This document shows positions 17,893 to 27,980 of a stretch of DNA of 64,000 bases, in pieces (within the stretch, counting starts at the first letter, position 1; each line of letters begins with the position of its first letter). The translations under genes and the position numbers were made by a program. The DNA lies in assembly GCA_963663545.1 (NCBI GenBank), contig OY760505.1, forward strand, positions 1,408,001 through 1,472,000, given 5' to 3'. The notes below the pieces were generated by a model. The model was not told the origin of the DNA and ran no database searches. It saw nothing but the letters and a program-made list of their open reading frames with translations. This DNA comes from Candidatus Delongbacteria bacterium. Its GTDB lineage: Bacteria > CAIWAD01.

Positions 17893-19808
17893 ATTATCAG
17901 TCTTTACATAGTGCAATTTTTCAACTATCGATTGACGCAATGACCGACAAGGACTTTCAAATACCGCATTCTACTTTTTTCTCAGAACTATTCGAATCAC
18001 CAGATGACGCCTTTTCGGGTCTTGATGTGTTTTATAAAACCTTGTCAGGTAATCACCCATTCACAATTCTCACAGCCCCACCTAAAGGTGGTAAGACCAC
18101 ACTACTCTATAAGACGTCATGTGATAATGCTAATTCTAATGAATCGATAATCTATACACATATTATTGATATGAACAAACGCATTTGTCACCTTACACTC
18201 CTAAAGGATTCAGTAGAGAACCCCGAGATCTTATATCGCCACCTATACTTAGACATCAGAAAATCTATCATTGATAATATCATAATTGATGCCGATATGA
18301 TTTATAATGTTGGTTTTGCAATTTTAAACCTGTATTACTCTTTTGACCTTAAACACTCATTAATGTTGAACATGAAATCAAAACCACTAACAACTTGCGT
18401 GGCGGACTCGGAAGAAGCATTCCAAAATCTTGCTCTCAGGGATAATGAAATACTAAAGCAAATTCACAACCTCGTCATGCACGACTGTGAATTGAATCAG
18501 TTAATTGTTGGAATTAAGAGAGTTCTTGGTATTGACAAATTCATTCTCGCCTACGACAATACTGACCCATTGCATCAGAATTATCTTAACGCCCTCTTTT
18601 CATTATCAGTAGACCTTCAGCATGTTAGCAACAATGAGTACAGTACTGTTTTATCAATCAGAACTAAGAATATTAAGCGATACCACGCCAGCGGCGCTTA
18701 CGGAGATGTAATTTCTATCGAGCATTTAAAGCATGGCGGTATTTTTCACACTGTTCCTATGCATATACCAAGTGCTACTAGAAGAATGCTAGAATCCGTT
18801 GTTTACCGAAGGTACGCCTTCATGTACAAATCTAAAATTGTGCTAACTACAGCTATTGATACCGAATGCAAAGTATTTATTGAACTGAACATTAAGAGTA
18901 TTTTGAATATTTATCATCATGCTGAATTGTATCACATTGCAAACTCTCGCATTGGGCAATATCTTCATCTGCATAATAAATTCATTATTTTCCTCTTGAC
19001 TAGCCTACAGGACGATCAAAATACTGATATACAACCAAACACGACTATTCGCTTTTCCCTATTGAACTCGTACTTTTACCGTTGGCTCCATAAGACATTC
19101 GGTGAAGCAAAGAATCTATTAATGAGTATTGACCAAAGAGCACCCAAAGATGATGTTTTATTGCGAGACATTGACTTAGTTATTCTTGCATGGCTTATCA
19201 ACAATGGCCGGTCAGATACAAAAGTATGGACTCTAGTAGATCGAATGTCTACAATTTATGGCGACAAGACTGAAATCCTTAAGTCAATAATGCGCCTTTA
19301 TGACGATAATGTATTCCATAGATATATAGAAATTGGTGATTCAGAGATGTATATAAGAGAGAAAATGCTGCGTAAAAATAACTTTCACATTGAAATAACA
19401 CCACTAGGTCGCTACTTTGCCAAGCGTCTTATTACAAAATTTGAATACCTCTGCCAGTGTATTAACCTACGCGCCGTTTCTATTACTAGAAACATAGAAT
19501 CAATGCCAATGCGAGACGACACAAGAACAAAAACAAGGAACGTTCTGTTGTTTGTAAGGCGAATATCATTAATACACTCACAGTCGTTAGTCAAAATACG
19601 ACTACTTCTTGGGAGTAAAGATTGGGAAACACGCTATCGCAGCGAATTTTGTGTAAATAATAAACTAATAGTCGAAAGAATGATTACTGACCACCTTCGG
19701 TATGTCAAAAAACACTATTACGATGAGTATGATTTTCTAAGACAGGAGTATGATATATTACTCGACGATTTCTATAGGTCATTCAGAGGAAGATCCGCAC
19801 AAAAATGA
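17889..19808 (+). CDS. P-loop NTPase (STAND/ORC-like) with probable C-terminal winged helix
   Basis: Walker A-like ILTAPPKGGKTT, Walker B FILAYDNTD, TVLSIR strand, late ITPLGRYF. Start moved to the ATGA overlap at 17889. Confidence 0.75.
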   Translation: MNYQSLHSAIFQLSIDAMTDKDFQIPHSTFFSELFESPDDAFSGLDVFYKTLSGNHPFTILTAPPKGGKTTLLYKTSCDNANSNESIIYTHIIDMNKRICHLTLLKDSVENPEILYRHLYLDIRKSIIDNIIIDADMIYNVGFAILNLYYSFDLKHSLMLNMKSKPLTTCVADSEEAFQNLALRDNEILKQIHNLVMHDCELNQLIVGIKRVLGIDKFILAYDNTDPLHQNYLNALFSLSVDLQHVSNNEYSTVLSIRTKNIKRYHASGAYGDVISIEHLKHGGIFHTVPMHIPSATRRMLESVVYRRYAFMYKSKIVLTTAIDTECKVFIELNIKSILNIYHHAELYHIANSRIGQYLHLHNKFIIFLLTSLQDDQNTDIQPNTTIRFSLLNSYFYRWLHKTFGEAKNLLMSIDQRAPKDDVLLRDIDLVILAWLINNGRSDTKVWTLVDRMSTIYGDKTEILKSIMRLYDDNVFHRYIEIGDSEMYIREKMLRKNNFHIEITPLGRYFAKRLITKFEYLCQCINLRAVSITRNIESMPMRDDTRTKTRNVLLFVRRISLIHSQSLVKIRLLLGSKDWETRYRSEFCVNNKLIVERMITDHLRYVKKHYYDEYDFLRQEYDILLDDFYRSFRGRSAQK

Positions 19809-19829
19809 ACTTGATAAGAATATCCCCCC

Positions 19830-20465
19830 CTACAGCTCGTTATTCAACCTGTAGCTGAGATTCAGAATACCCACCGAGAGGTTCTCGTTCTGCACCACCA
19901 CATCATCCGGCGCAAGTACGTGCTCGGAGCTAAAATTCCAGATGGCCTTGATGCCGTGATCCGTCAGCAGATCGCAGGTGGTCTGGGCGTAATCGTGCGG
20001 TGTGCAAATGATGCCAATGATGATCTCGTTGCGCTGAATGAAAGCCCCCATGCTGTCCAGATCCATGATGGGAATGTCGCGGATCTTCAGGCCCACTAGG
20101 CGCGGATTCACGTCAAACACACCGCGTAGGCTGAGGCCGAAACGCTCGAAGCCCGCGTAGTTAGCCAGCGCTTGGCCCAGATGACCGGCGCCGATCAGGA
20201 TCATGCGCTGCTCTTCGGTGACCGCCAGCACTTCGCGCAGCCGCGAAATGAGAAACTGCACGTTGTATTTCTTGCCCTGCCGACCAAAGCCGCCCAAGGT
20301 GAAAAAGTCCTGCCGGAGCTGCGTGGGTTTGATACCGATGATACCCGCCATCTCCGACGACGAGATTTCACTCACCACGTCCGGCAGGTTCATCAGGAAG
20401 TTCAGGTAGCGCGCGAAGCGCAACACGGTGAACTGGGGGATGTGTCTGAAATCACCGTCGTTCAT
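19830..20465 (-). CDS. rex: Redox-sensing transcriptional repressor Rex
   Basis: IP..TV.R...Y, ISS.EMA, Q.RQDF..LG.FG..G..Y.V, LIGAGHLGQALANY, FDVNP..VG, IKAIWNF. Confidence 0.95.
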   Translation of the reverse strand: MNDGDFRHIPQFTVLRFARYLNFLMNLPDVVSEISSSEMAGIIGIKPTQLRQDFFTLGGFGRQGKKYNVQFLISRLREVLAVTEEQRMILIGAGHLGQALANYAGFERFGLSLRGVFDVNPRLVGLKIRDIPIMDLDSMGAFIQRNEIIIGIICTPHDYAQTTCDLLTDHGIKAIWNFSSEHVLAPDDVVVQNENLSVGILNLSYRLNNEL

Positions 20466-20493
20466 GATCTGGCCCTTGTCCTTTGGTCATCGC

Positions 20494-20511
20494 TTGTCAT
20501 AAAATAAACAA
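20494..20511. promoter_or_regulatory. Putative Rex operator (autoregulation)
   Basis: TTGTCATAAAATAAACAA matches 10 of 14 positions of TTGTGAA-N4-TTCACAA. It lies 28 nt upstream of rex and downstream of a TAGAAT -10 (20530-20535). Confidence 0.5.
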
Positions 20512-20715
20512 GTTTGAGCATTGGGGCAGCATTCTAGCCCACAAGATAACGCATCTACCCTTGGCGAGGAATGACAGTAGGCCGTCGCTGGAAAGAAGAG
20601 ACCTGTATCACGGGTCTCCTCATCCAGCACGAGCAGCTCGGGCTCCAGTCCTCTGCAGAGAAGAAGAAGGTCCGCTCTCGCAGACCTTCCTGTGTCGTTC
20701 AATTCTGGTCAGCGT

Positions 20716-22035
20716 CTAGCCATCGAGACGCTCGGATAGCCAGTTGCGCAGCTGGTCTATCTTCACGCGCTCCTGCTCGCATGTATCACGATGACGAACG
20801 GTGACCGTCTGGTCTTCTTTCGTGTCGTAGTCCACCGTGATACAATAGGGCGTGCCCGCCTCGTCCTGGCGACGATAGCGACGCCCGATGGCGCCTGCCT
20901 GATCGTAGAAACCGTTCCAGCGGCCCAGCAGGTCCTTATGCAGCTGCTGGGCCAGCTCGCCGATGCCGTCCTTCTTCACCAGCGGCAGCACTGCGTACTT
21001 GATGGGCGCCAACTTGGGCGGAAAGGACATCAGCACTCGCGGCTCGCCGTCCACCTCGTCCTCGGTGTAGGCGTCACACAGGAACATCAGCATGCTGCGG
21101 TTCAGGCCCACACTGGTTTCGATGATGTAAGGCACATAGCGCTCGCCACGACCGCTGTCGATGTATTCCATCTTCTTGCCGCTGTGGGTCTGGTGCGCCT
21201 TCAAATCAAAATCGGTGCGGTTGTGAATGCCTTCCACTTCCTGCCAGCCAAAGGGGAACTCATACTCGATATCCCAGGCTTCGCGCGCGTAGTGCGCCAG
21301 CTCATCGGGGCCGTGCTCGTGGTAGCGCAAGCGCTCCGGCGTCAGTCCGAGACGCTTGTAATACTCCATGCGCGTCTCTTTCCAGTAGGCCATCCACTCG
21401 TCATCGTCGCCCGGCTTGACGAAGAACTGCATCTCCATCTGCTCGAACTCGCAGGTACGGAAAATGAAGTTGCCCGGCTTGATCTCGTTGCGAAAGGCCT
21501 TGCCCACCTGGGCGATGCCGAAGGGCACCTGCAGGCGCGCCGCCGACTGCACGTTGAGATAGTCGACGAAAATGCCCTGGGCGGTCTCGGGGCGAATGTA
21601 GACACGGGCAGCCGTGTCCTCCGTCGGACCCATGCTCGTCTTGAACATCAGGTTGAACTGGCGCGGCTCTGTAAGCGGACCACCGCACTCCGGGCAGGGC
21701 TGGCTGATGTCGATCTGGTCGGCGCGGAAACGGCTGCGGCACTCCTTGCAATCCACCAGTGGATCGTTGAAGCCATCCACGTGACCGGAAGCTTCCCAGA
21801 CTTCGGGACGCATCAGGATGGAAGCATCCAGGCCGACGATGTTCTCGTGGCGGCGGGTCATCTCGCGCCACCAGGCCTGCTGCAAATTGTTCTTCAGCTC
21901 GATACCAAGCGGACCGTAATCCCAGCAGGAAGCCAGGCCGCCGTAGATCTCGCTGCTCTGAAAGACAAAGCCCTTGCGCTTGCAGAGGCTGACCAGTTTT
22001 TCCATGGTGTCGGGTGCTTTAGTCGGCTTCGCCAT
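20716..22035 (-). CDS. glyQS: Glycine--tRNA ligase, alpha2 (eukaryote-like) type
   Basis: SSEIYGG..WDYGPLG, ASGHVDGF.DP, RPETAQGIF, GKAFRNEI, EFEQME, IGRRYRRQDEAGTP. Confidence 0.96.
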   Translation of the reverse strand: MAKPTKAPDTMEKLVSLCKRKGFVFQSSEIYGGLASCWDYGPLGIELKNNLQQAWWREMTRRHENIVGLDASILMRPEVWEASGHVDGFNDPLVDCKECRSRFRADQIDISQPCPECGGPLTEPRQFNLMFKTSMGPTEDTAARVYIRPETAQGIFVDYLNVQSAARLQVPFGIAQVGKAFRNEIKPGNFIFRTCEFEQMEMQFFVKPGDDDEWMAYWKETRMEYYKRLGLTPERLRYHEHGPDELAHYAREAWDIEYEFPFGWQEVEGIHNRTDFDLKAHQTHSGKKMEYIDSGRGERYVPYIIETSVGLNRSMLMFLCDAYTEDEVDGEPRVLMSFPPKLAPIKYAVLPLVKKDGIGELAQQLHKDLLGRWNGFYDQAGAIGRRYRRQDEAGTPYCITVDYDTKEDQTVTVRHRDTCEQERVKIDQLRNWLSERLDG

Positions 22036-22834
22036 TGCTTTCCTCACTAGGTCTTGTGGCGGCTTCCCCAGCCGCTTCGGCCAGTTGGTTCAGGCTGCTC
22101 AGGCCCCGCCAGTGCTCCATGTGCGTGCGACACAGATTGTCCAGCAGATCGCCCAGCGCGCGCCGCGTGGCGCTCGTAATCTCTCGTTGTCCCACTTCCC
22201 TCGCATCGGCCCGGCTCAAAAAAAGTAACACACGCAAGAGCCGGGGCGAAAGACGCAGAAAGTCAGCGTCATGGTGGCAATCAGGACACAGAAGCTCGCC
22301 ACCGCGACGATCCAGACCAATGCCCTCGCTCTTGCGAAAGGCCTCCACTCCACGACCACAGCCAGCACAGCGCTGCAGGTCAAAGCCGCTTCCCGCCCTG
22401 GAAAGCAGGAACAAGAGCATCCAATATAGGTGGTTGACCGGGTAGGGACAATCGCCGGCCACCTGCTGCAGGCTCGTACAGAGCGCCTCGTAGAGCGCGC
22501 CGTCGGCCTGCTCGGAGAGCTGACTGTGTGACACGGCCTCGCAAAGCGCTCCCGCCGTCAGCAATCTCGAGTAAGCACGACGCAAACCGCGGTAGTCTGA
22601 AAGCAGCACGGCCTCTTTCAACAGATAGAGTTCGCGTGTATCACGGCCAAGCAGAACGAGCTCTACCTCCTGGGCTGTTTGTAACACGGGATCAAGTTGT
22701 GATCCACGCTTGCGGACGCCCTTGGCCAAAAATGCCAGGCGACCACGCTCCTCACTGAAGACATGCACGATCAGGCTGGTCTCGCCATAGACGATACGTC
22801 GTAACACAATGGCGCGAGTCTTCGACTGTTCCAT
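22019..22834 (-). CDS. recO: DNA repair protein RecO
   Basis: AIVLR...YGETSLIV..FS...G....AKGVRK; CxxC...CxxC zinc site; ATGA overlap with mgtE. Confidence 0.9.
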   Translation of the reverse strand: MEQSKTRAIVLRRIVYGETSLIVHVFSEERGRLAFLAKGVRKRGSQLDPVLQTAQEVELVLLGRDTRELYLLKEAVLLSDYRGLRRAYSRLLTAGALCEAVSHSQLSEQADGALYEALCTSLQQVAGDCPYPVNHLYWMLLFLLSRAGSGFDLQRCAGCGRGVEAFRKSEGIGLDRRGGELLCPDCHHDADFLRLSPRLLRVLLFLSRADAREVGQREITSATRRALGDLLDNLCRTHMEHWRGLSSLNQLAEAAGEAATRPSEESNGEAD

Positions 22835-24300
22835 CAGAGAAAGAGCGCTACCAGCGTCAGGTAAACGCTGAGCCCAAGAATATCGTTGGTGGTCGTGATA
22901 AAGGGACCGGTGGCGATGGCGGGATCGATGCCCACTCGACGCAGCAGTAGTGGAACGCCAGCTCCTACGATGGAAGCCTGAAACATGACGACCGATAGAG
23001 CGGCACCGATTACAATTGAGGTACGCGGATCGTGGAGCCACAGAAGGGTCACGCCAAAGAGCACCAACGCGCAGCTGAGTCCTACGATCAGGCTGACACG
23101 GGCCTCGCGAAAGAGACGCGGCCAGACTTCGTTGACCTCAAGCTCGCCGGTGGCCAGACCGCGGACTACAATAGTAGACGACTGAATGCCGACGTTGCCG
23201 CCCATACCCATCACCACAGGTACGAAGAAGCTGGCCTGCAAAGCCGTGTGCAGATCCTTCTCGAAAAGGCTCATCACAAGCGCTGCACAGATACCGCCAC
23301 TCAGCCCCATCAATAGCCAGGGGAAGCGATTGCGGGCCACGGTCAAGGTGCTGTGCTCCAAAACTTCTTCGCGTGTTCCCGCCAGGTGGCCAAAGTCCTC
23401 GTCCGTCTCTTCGCGTGCTACATCATCAAGGTCATCGTGTGTCACACGACCCAGCAGCACACCTCGCTCGTCTACAACCGGCACAGAGGGCAAGTCGTAG
23501 CGGCTGGCGTGTGTCACCAGCTCTTCCTGGTCCATGTGGGCATCAACGGCAATGTCCTCGTCGGACATGATGCCGCGAATGCTCTCGCTCTCGTGAGCCA
23601 GCAACAGATCCTGCACCGTCACGTGGCCCAGCAAACGGCCTTTGTCATTGACCACAAAGACGGTGTAGATGTCTTCGATCTCGCGTTCCTGCGCAAGTCG
23701 ACGGACTTCGGCGATGGCTTCCGTGATACTCATCTCGGGTCGAACGGCCACGTACTCCTTGGCCATCAAACCACCAGCGCTGTCCTCGGGATAACCCAGC
23801 AGCTGCTCGACCTCTGCACGCAGCTCGCTGTTGTCCATGCCTGCCAGCGCATCACGCGCGGCTTCGGCGTCAACCTCCTGCAATTCCTGGATCAAGTCGG
23901 CGGCGTCGTCCGACTCCATTTCGTCCAACACAGGAGCCAGTTCCGGCGCCTTCAACTCCTCGAGCAAATCCTCGCGCAAGCCGTCGGGAAGCTCAGGCAA
24001 CACTTCTGCCTGTGTCTCTTCGGGCAGCGCGCGAAAGAAAGCCAGAGCAGCTTCGGACTCCAGATGCGCCATAGCCGCAGCCAGATCAGCCGGGTGATAC
24101 GCGTCGACCACAAGCGCTCGCTGCTCTTCATCCAGCAACATGTAAAGCGTGATAGCGGCGTTAGTATCTACTATTTGGAAGGTCTCGATCAGCACGTCCG
24201 GGCTGAGATCAGCAAAGAGCTCGCGTAGCTCCTCATGGTCGCTGGACTGCTGCAAAATGGCTTCCAGATCCTGGAAGGACCTTGTATCACGGCTGCTCAT
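22834..24300 (-). CDS. mgtE: Magnesium transporter MgtE
   Basis: YPEDSAGGLM, CBS pair, RFPWL, GMGGNVGIQS, DPAIATGPFITT.ND. Confidence 0.95.
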   Translation of the reverse strand: MSSRDTRSFQDLEAILQQSSDHEELRELFADLSPDVLIETFQIVDTNAAITLYMLLDEEQRALVVDAYHPADLAAAMAHLESEAALAFFRALPEETQAEVLPELPDGLREDLLEELKAPELAPVLDEMESDDAADLIQELQEVDAEAARDALAGMDNSELRAEVEQLLGYPEDSAGGLMAKEYVAVRPEMSITEAIAEVRRLAQEREIEDIYTVFVVNDKGRLLGHVTVQDLLLAHESESIRGIMSDEDIAVDAHMDQEELVTHASRYDLPSVPVVDERGVLLGRVTHDDLDDVAREETDEDFGHLAGTREEVLEHSTLTVARNRFPWLLMGLSGGICAALVMSLFEKDLHTALQASFFVPVVMGMGGNVGIQSSTIVVRGLATGELEVNEVWPRLFREARVSLIVGLSCALVLFGVTLLWLHDPRTSIVIGAALSVVMFQASIVGAGVPLLLRRVGIDPAIATGPFITTTNDILGLSVYLTLVALFL

Positions 24301-25153
24301 GATGTGCCTCCCGCTGATAGGCGAAGATCCGGTTGGCTACAGCGGCGAAATCTTGTGGAGTAAGCTGCTCGGGGCGCTTGTCGAGAATCTCGGGCGCAAT
24401 CTTCTCCAGCTCGTCAATACCGGGCAGCCCCGGCACGCTAGCCAAACTGTTGCGCATCATCTTGCGGCGCTGGTTGAAGGCAGCACGAACAAGTCTACGT
24501 AGGCTATCCCAATCGTCAACCTGGGCGGTCGGTGTATCACGCGGGATGAGTCGCATCACGCTACTCATCACCTTGGGCTTGGGATAGAAGGCTTCGGGAG
24601 GCACGTCCAACAGCCTTTCCCCTTCGCACAGCAGATCGCGATACACGGTCAGAATGCCGTAGTTGCGACCGCCGGGAGGTGCGAGAATGCGATCGGCCAC
24701 CTCGAGTTGAATCATGATGCTGAAGTCCGTGATACGAGCAGCCTGGGCCGGATTCTGGTGGTAGCGTATCACTTCCTCTAGCACACGAAGCAGAATGCCT
24801 GAGGTTACGTGATACGGCAGATTTCCCAGAATGCGCACCGGCTTGCCGGCAAGGTCCTGCGACAGATTGTACTCCAGAAAATCGGCGTGCACCAGTTTGA
24901 GGTTGGCGGGCGATCCCAGCTCCTCCTGCAAAAGCTCCACCATGCGCTGGTCGATCTCAACGGCGTATAGGTTGTCCGTGTACTTCAACAGCTCGCGCGT
25001 CAGAACGCCCTTGCCGGGACCAATCTCCAGCACAGTGTCCGTGGGCGTCAAGGCAAAAGCCTGCACGATACGCTGAATCCAGAAGGAATCCGTAAGGAAG
25101 TTCTGCCCCAGCGACTTCTTGGCGTGCAGCGACTTAAAGGATTTTCGTGCCAC
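24287..25153 (-). CDS. rsmA: 16S rRNA dimethyladenosine transferase
   Basis: KKSLGQNFL, LEIGPGKG, GNLPY, FYPKPKV.S, AFNQRRK. GTG start after AGGAGG. Confidence 0.95.
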   Translation of the reverse strand: MARKSFKSLHAKKSLGQNFLTDSFWIQRIVQAFALTPTDTVLEIGPGKGVLTRELLKYTDNLYAVEIDQRMVELLQEELGSPANLKLVHADFLEYNLSQDLAGKPVRILGNLPYHVTSGILLRVLEEVIRYHQNPAQAARITDFSIMIQLEVADRILAPPGGRNYGILTVYRDLLCEGERLLDVPPEAFYPKPKVMSSVMRLIPRDTPTAQVDDWDSLRRLVRAAFNQRRKMMRNSLASVPGLPGIDELEKIAPEILDKRPEQLTPQDFAAVANRIFAYQREAHHEQP

Positions 25154-25163
25154 AAATACCTCC

Positions 25164-26564
25164 TTAACGGCCCAATTTGGCGGCCGTGGATCCACCGACG
25201 CCACAACTGCGAACACGGAACTCTACTCCGGCAGTTTTCGCCAATTCGTGACACGCCGCCACATTGATGCTACCATCGTCCACGATTGAATAGACGACGT
25301 GAATACCCGCATGAACGCAAGATGCAGCAAAATCCTGCAGGCCCTGCCAGGCACGCTCACCCCAGGGGGATTTCACAAGACGTGCGTACTCGACGGCATT
25401 ATCGGCGTTCAGCGAAATCGAGATTTCGTCCACCAGCCCTGCCAATTCAGCAGCCAGGCTTCTGCCGTGATACAACTCGGCATGTCCATTCGTATTCAAT
25501 CGCACTCGCACTCCGGCCTTCTTCAGTTCGGCAGCAGCGGCACGTAACACATCCCAGCGAAGTGTCGGCTCACCGTATCCGCAAAAGACGACTTCGCGCC
25601 ATTGCGACAGGGGACCAAACGCGCTCCAGGCTTGCTTCAGCTCCGGCAGTTGCGGCTCCTGGGAGCGCGCGAGGCCCAGATGCACATCGCCGATCACGGG
25701 GTTCGTACGATGAGCACAAAACACGCAATGCGCGGTACAGCGGTTGGTCAGGTTGAGATACAGGCTATCGCCCAACGGATAGGCATAAACCGGTTGACGC
25801 TTGCCCGGCAGACGGAACACGCGCTCGGCGTTGGCCGTAGTCTGCGCTGCGACATCTTCAAGACTGAGGCCCTTGACTTCGGCGATGACCTTGGCCACTT
25901 CCACCACATTGGCTGGTTCGTTGCGCTCGCCGCGAATGCGCTGCGGTGGCAGGAAGGGCGAATCGGTCTCCAGCAGAATGTGTGACAAGGGCAGCGCCTC
26001 CAGCACCTCGCGCTGATTGCGCTTCTTGTAGGTCACCGCACAAGGAAAGCTGAAGTGGAAACCCATCTGCATCAGGCGCGAAGCCGTATTTGCATCATAG
26101 GCGTAGCAGTGCATCACGCCGTGATTCGCACCCTCCTCCTCGAGCAGACGCAGAGTGTCTTCTTCAGCCGCGCGGGAATGGATCACAAGCGGCAGATCGC
26201 GCCTTCTCGCCAAACGAATCATCTCACGAAACACTCGCCGCTGCGCGTCCGCAGGGCCGTAGTCGCGGAAGTTGTCCAAACCCACTTCGCCAACGGCAAC
26301 GGCACGCGGGTGATCCAAGGCGTGCTCCACTAGCGACATGAGCTCCGCTGAAAACTCTCCCGCTTCGTGAGGGTGAATACCGGCTGTGAAAAACACATCC
26401 TCGTTGGTCGCAAAGAGCTCCATACCGCGCGTAATGGTCTCTGCGCTGTAACCAATTTGTATCACACGACGAACGCCCGCCTGGCGGGCACGCGCAAGCA
26501 CTTCGCTGCGATCCTCGTCGAATTCGCTGCCATCTAGGTGAGCGTGTGTATCAATGAATTCCAT
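25164..26564 (-). CDS. tatD: TatD DNase fused to a TatD-associated radical SAM domain
   Basis: DTHAH, GIHPH, GEVGLD, ETDSPFL; then YLNLTNRCTAHCVFC (CxxxCxxC), VFCGYGEPT, NTNG, SISLNA. Confidence 0.92.
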   Translation of the reverse strand: MEFIDTHAHLDGSEFDEDRSEVLARARQAGVRRVIQIGYSAETITRGMELFATNEDVFFTAGIHPHEAGEFSAELMSLVEHALDHPRAVAVGEVGLDNFRDYGPADAQRRVFREMIRLARRRDLPLVIHSRAAEEDTLRLLEEEGANHGVMHCYAYDANTASRLMQMGFHFSFPCAVTYKKRNQREVLEALPLSHILLETDSPFLPPQRIRGERNEPANVVEVAKVIAEVKGLSLEDVAAQTTANAERVFRLPGKRQPVYAYPLGDSLYLNLTNRCTAHCVFCAHRTNPVIGDVHLGLARSQEPQLPELKQAWSAFGPLSQWREVVFCGYGEPTLRWDVLRAAAAELKKAGVRVRLNTNGHAELYHGRSLAAELAGLVDEISISLNADNAVEYARLVKSPWGERAWQGLQDFAASCVHAGIHVVYSIVDDGSINVAACHELAKTAGVEFRVRSCGVGGSTAAKLGR

Positions 26565-26591
26565 GAAACCTCCGGGTCACCCCGGCGGGCA

Positions 26592-27401
26592 TCACGCCAC
26601 GTCGGGGGAACGTTCCTTGGCAGGATGCAACAAGCCCTGCTCTCTGAAACTGAACCAGCCGCCGCTACTGATGATCACGTGATCCATTACGTCAATGCCG
26701 ATGATCTTTGAGGCGCTCACCAATTGGCGTGTCAGCGACAGATCGTCCTGGCTTGGCTCGCAATGCCCCGAAGGGTGATTGTGTGCCAGGAGGATGCTGG
26801 CCGCCCGGTAGTGAATGGCGTAGTGAAAGACCTCGCGCGGATGCACCAGGCTGGAATTCAAGCTGCCAACGCTGATGACCTCTTCGTGAATCAGCTTGTG
26901 AATGGTAGAAAGGTACAGACAGCGAAACTGCTCGCGCTGCAAACGCGCCATTGGAGCCAGAAACACGGCCACTTCCCGCGGGTGACGCAAAATGGGGAAC
27001 TCGCTGCTGCCGTTGGCCCACAGCCTGCGTCCCAGCTCCATTGCTGCCAGCAACTGCCCAGCTTTGGCCGTGCCGAGACCACAGGCACTGGCAAGGCGGC
27101 GCACGTCGCGACAGCACGACAGGGCCAGCAAACCGTGTTCGCGCACCAGTCGGCGACTGATGTCAAAGACGCTTTCTTTGCGCGTACCAGCCGAAATGAG
27201 CACGGCCAGCAGCTCATCGTCGCCCAGGGCCTCTGCTCCAAGATGCAGCAGCTTCTCGCGAGGTCCAGCAAACTCCTTCACAACACCTCCGGTCCCGGGC
27301 AGTGGCAAGGTAGTATTGTCCTGTGCAGCGGGCGTTACGCTGCATTGTAAACTGCGTTGAGGCGGGAGCGGGTGGCGGGTCTGCGCCGGGTCAGGATTCA
27401 A
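26592..27401 (-). CDS. radC: RadC (JAB domain) protein
   Basis: PREKL...G..AL.D.ELLA, G.LN.SLVHPREVF, HNHPSG..PS..D, DHVII. Confidence 0.92.
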   Translation of the reverse strand: MNPDPAQTRHPLPPQRSLQCSVTPAAQDNTTLPLPGTGGVVKEFAGPREKLLHLGAEALGDDELLAVLISAGTRKESVFDISRRLVREHGLLALSCCRDVRRLASACGLGTAKAGQLLAAMELGRRLWANGSSEFPILRHPREVAVFLAPMARLQREQFRCLYLSTIHKLIHEEVISVGSLNSSLVHPREVFHYAIHYRAASILLAHNHPSGHCEPSQDDLSLTRQLVSASKIIGIDVMDHVIISSGGWFSFREQGLLHPAKERSPDVA

Positions 27402-27443
27402 TGCAGCTGCGACGCAATGGTTTCCCGGAAAAGGGCAGGAAGC

Positions 27444-27980
27444 CTAGTCGGACATGCCAATGTCAGGCAGTTTGGACAAAAGCGACTCCGGAAACGACGA
27501 TGCCGGGCTCAGTGAATGAAAGTGCTTCAGCAGTGCCCCTTGAATCTCCGGATACGTCCACGCCTCAGGCAGAAGGCCGAAAGCGTGCGCTTCCGCAATT
27601 TCCAGCTCAGGGTCAGGTCCAACCATCTCCGTGAAGCGGCTGTGACACAAAAGACCATAGCTATGTTCTGGCCCCAGTGTAACGGAGTAGACACCCAAAC
27701 AGTCGATCCGTGGATCACAGGCCCCACATTCTTCCGTCAGCTCGCGTAGCGCCGTGTCGCGAATCAGCTCGCCAGGCTCACGTCGTCCGCCAGGCAGCTC
27801 CCATGTATCACGGCTACGGTGCCGGACCATCACCACCCTCGCGTTCATCACAGCAATGTGAACGGCAAAGGTGATTTGCTCCTCTGGAATCTCCCGCAGG
27901 GTATGCCAGCCTAGCTGCGGTTGGCCGTATTGCTCACAGAGGCGTCGGTAGCGTTCGTTGCTCAGGGGAACGGGCTTCAT
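27444..27980 (-). CDS. NUDIX hydrolase
   Basis: Nudix box WELPGGRREPGE...TALRELTEECG. Confidence 0.9.
   Translation of the reverse strand: MKPVPLSNERYRRLCEQYGQPQLGWHTLREIPEEQITFAVHIAVMNARVVMVRHRSRDTWELPGGRREPGELIRDTALRELTEECGACDPRIDCLGVYSVTLGPEHSYGLLCHSRFTEMVGPDPELEIAEAHAFGLLPEAWTYPEIQGALLKHFHSLSPASSFPESLLSKLPDIGMSD

Larger units (their letters stand above)
17000..19825. mobile_element. AT-rich, probably horizontally acquired island (boundaries approximate)
   Basis: GC drops sharply to roughly 35% by eye, codons end in A/T, genes face opposite to the flanks, and no GTGATAC copies were found. No integrase or att site seen. Confidence 0.75.

Noticed and set aside
20791..22050. Long antisense ORFs (also 43655-44755, 46949-48547, 53845-55173, 57459-58352)
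   Set aside because: Shadows of strongly codon-biased GC-rich genes on the opposite strand, with no protein motifs.
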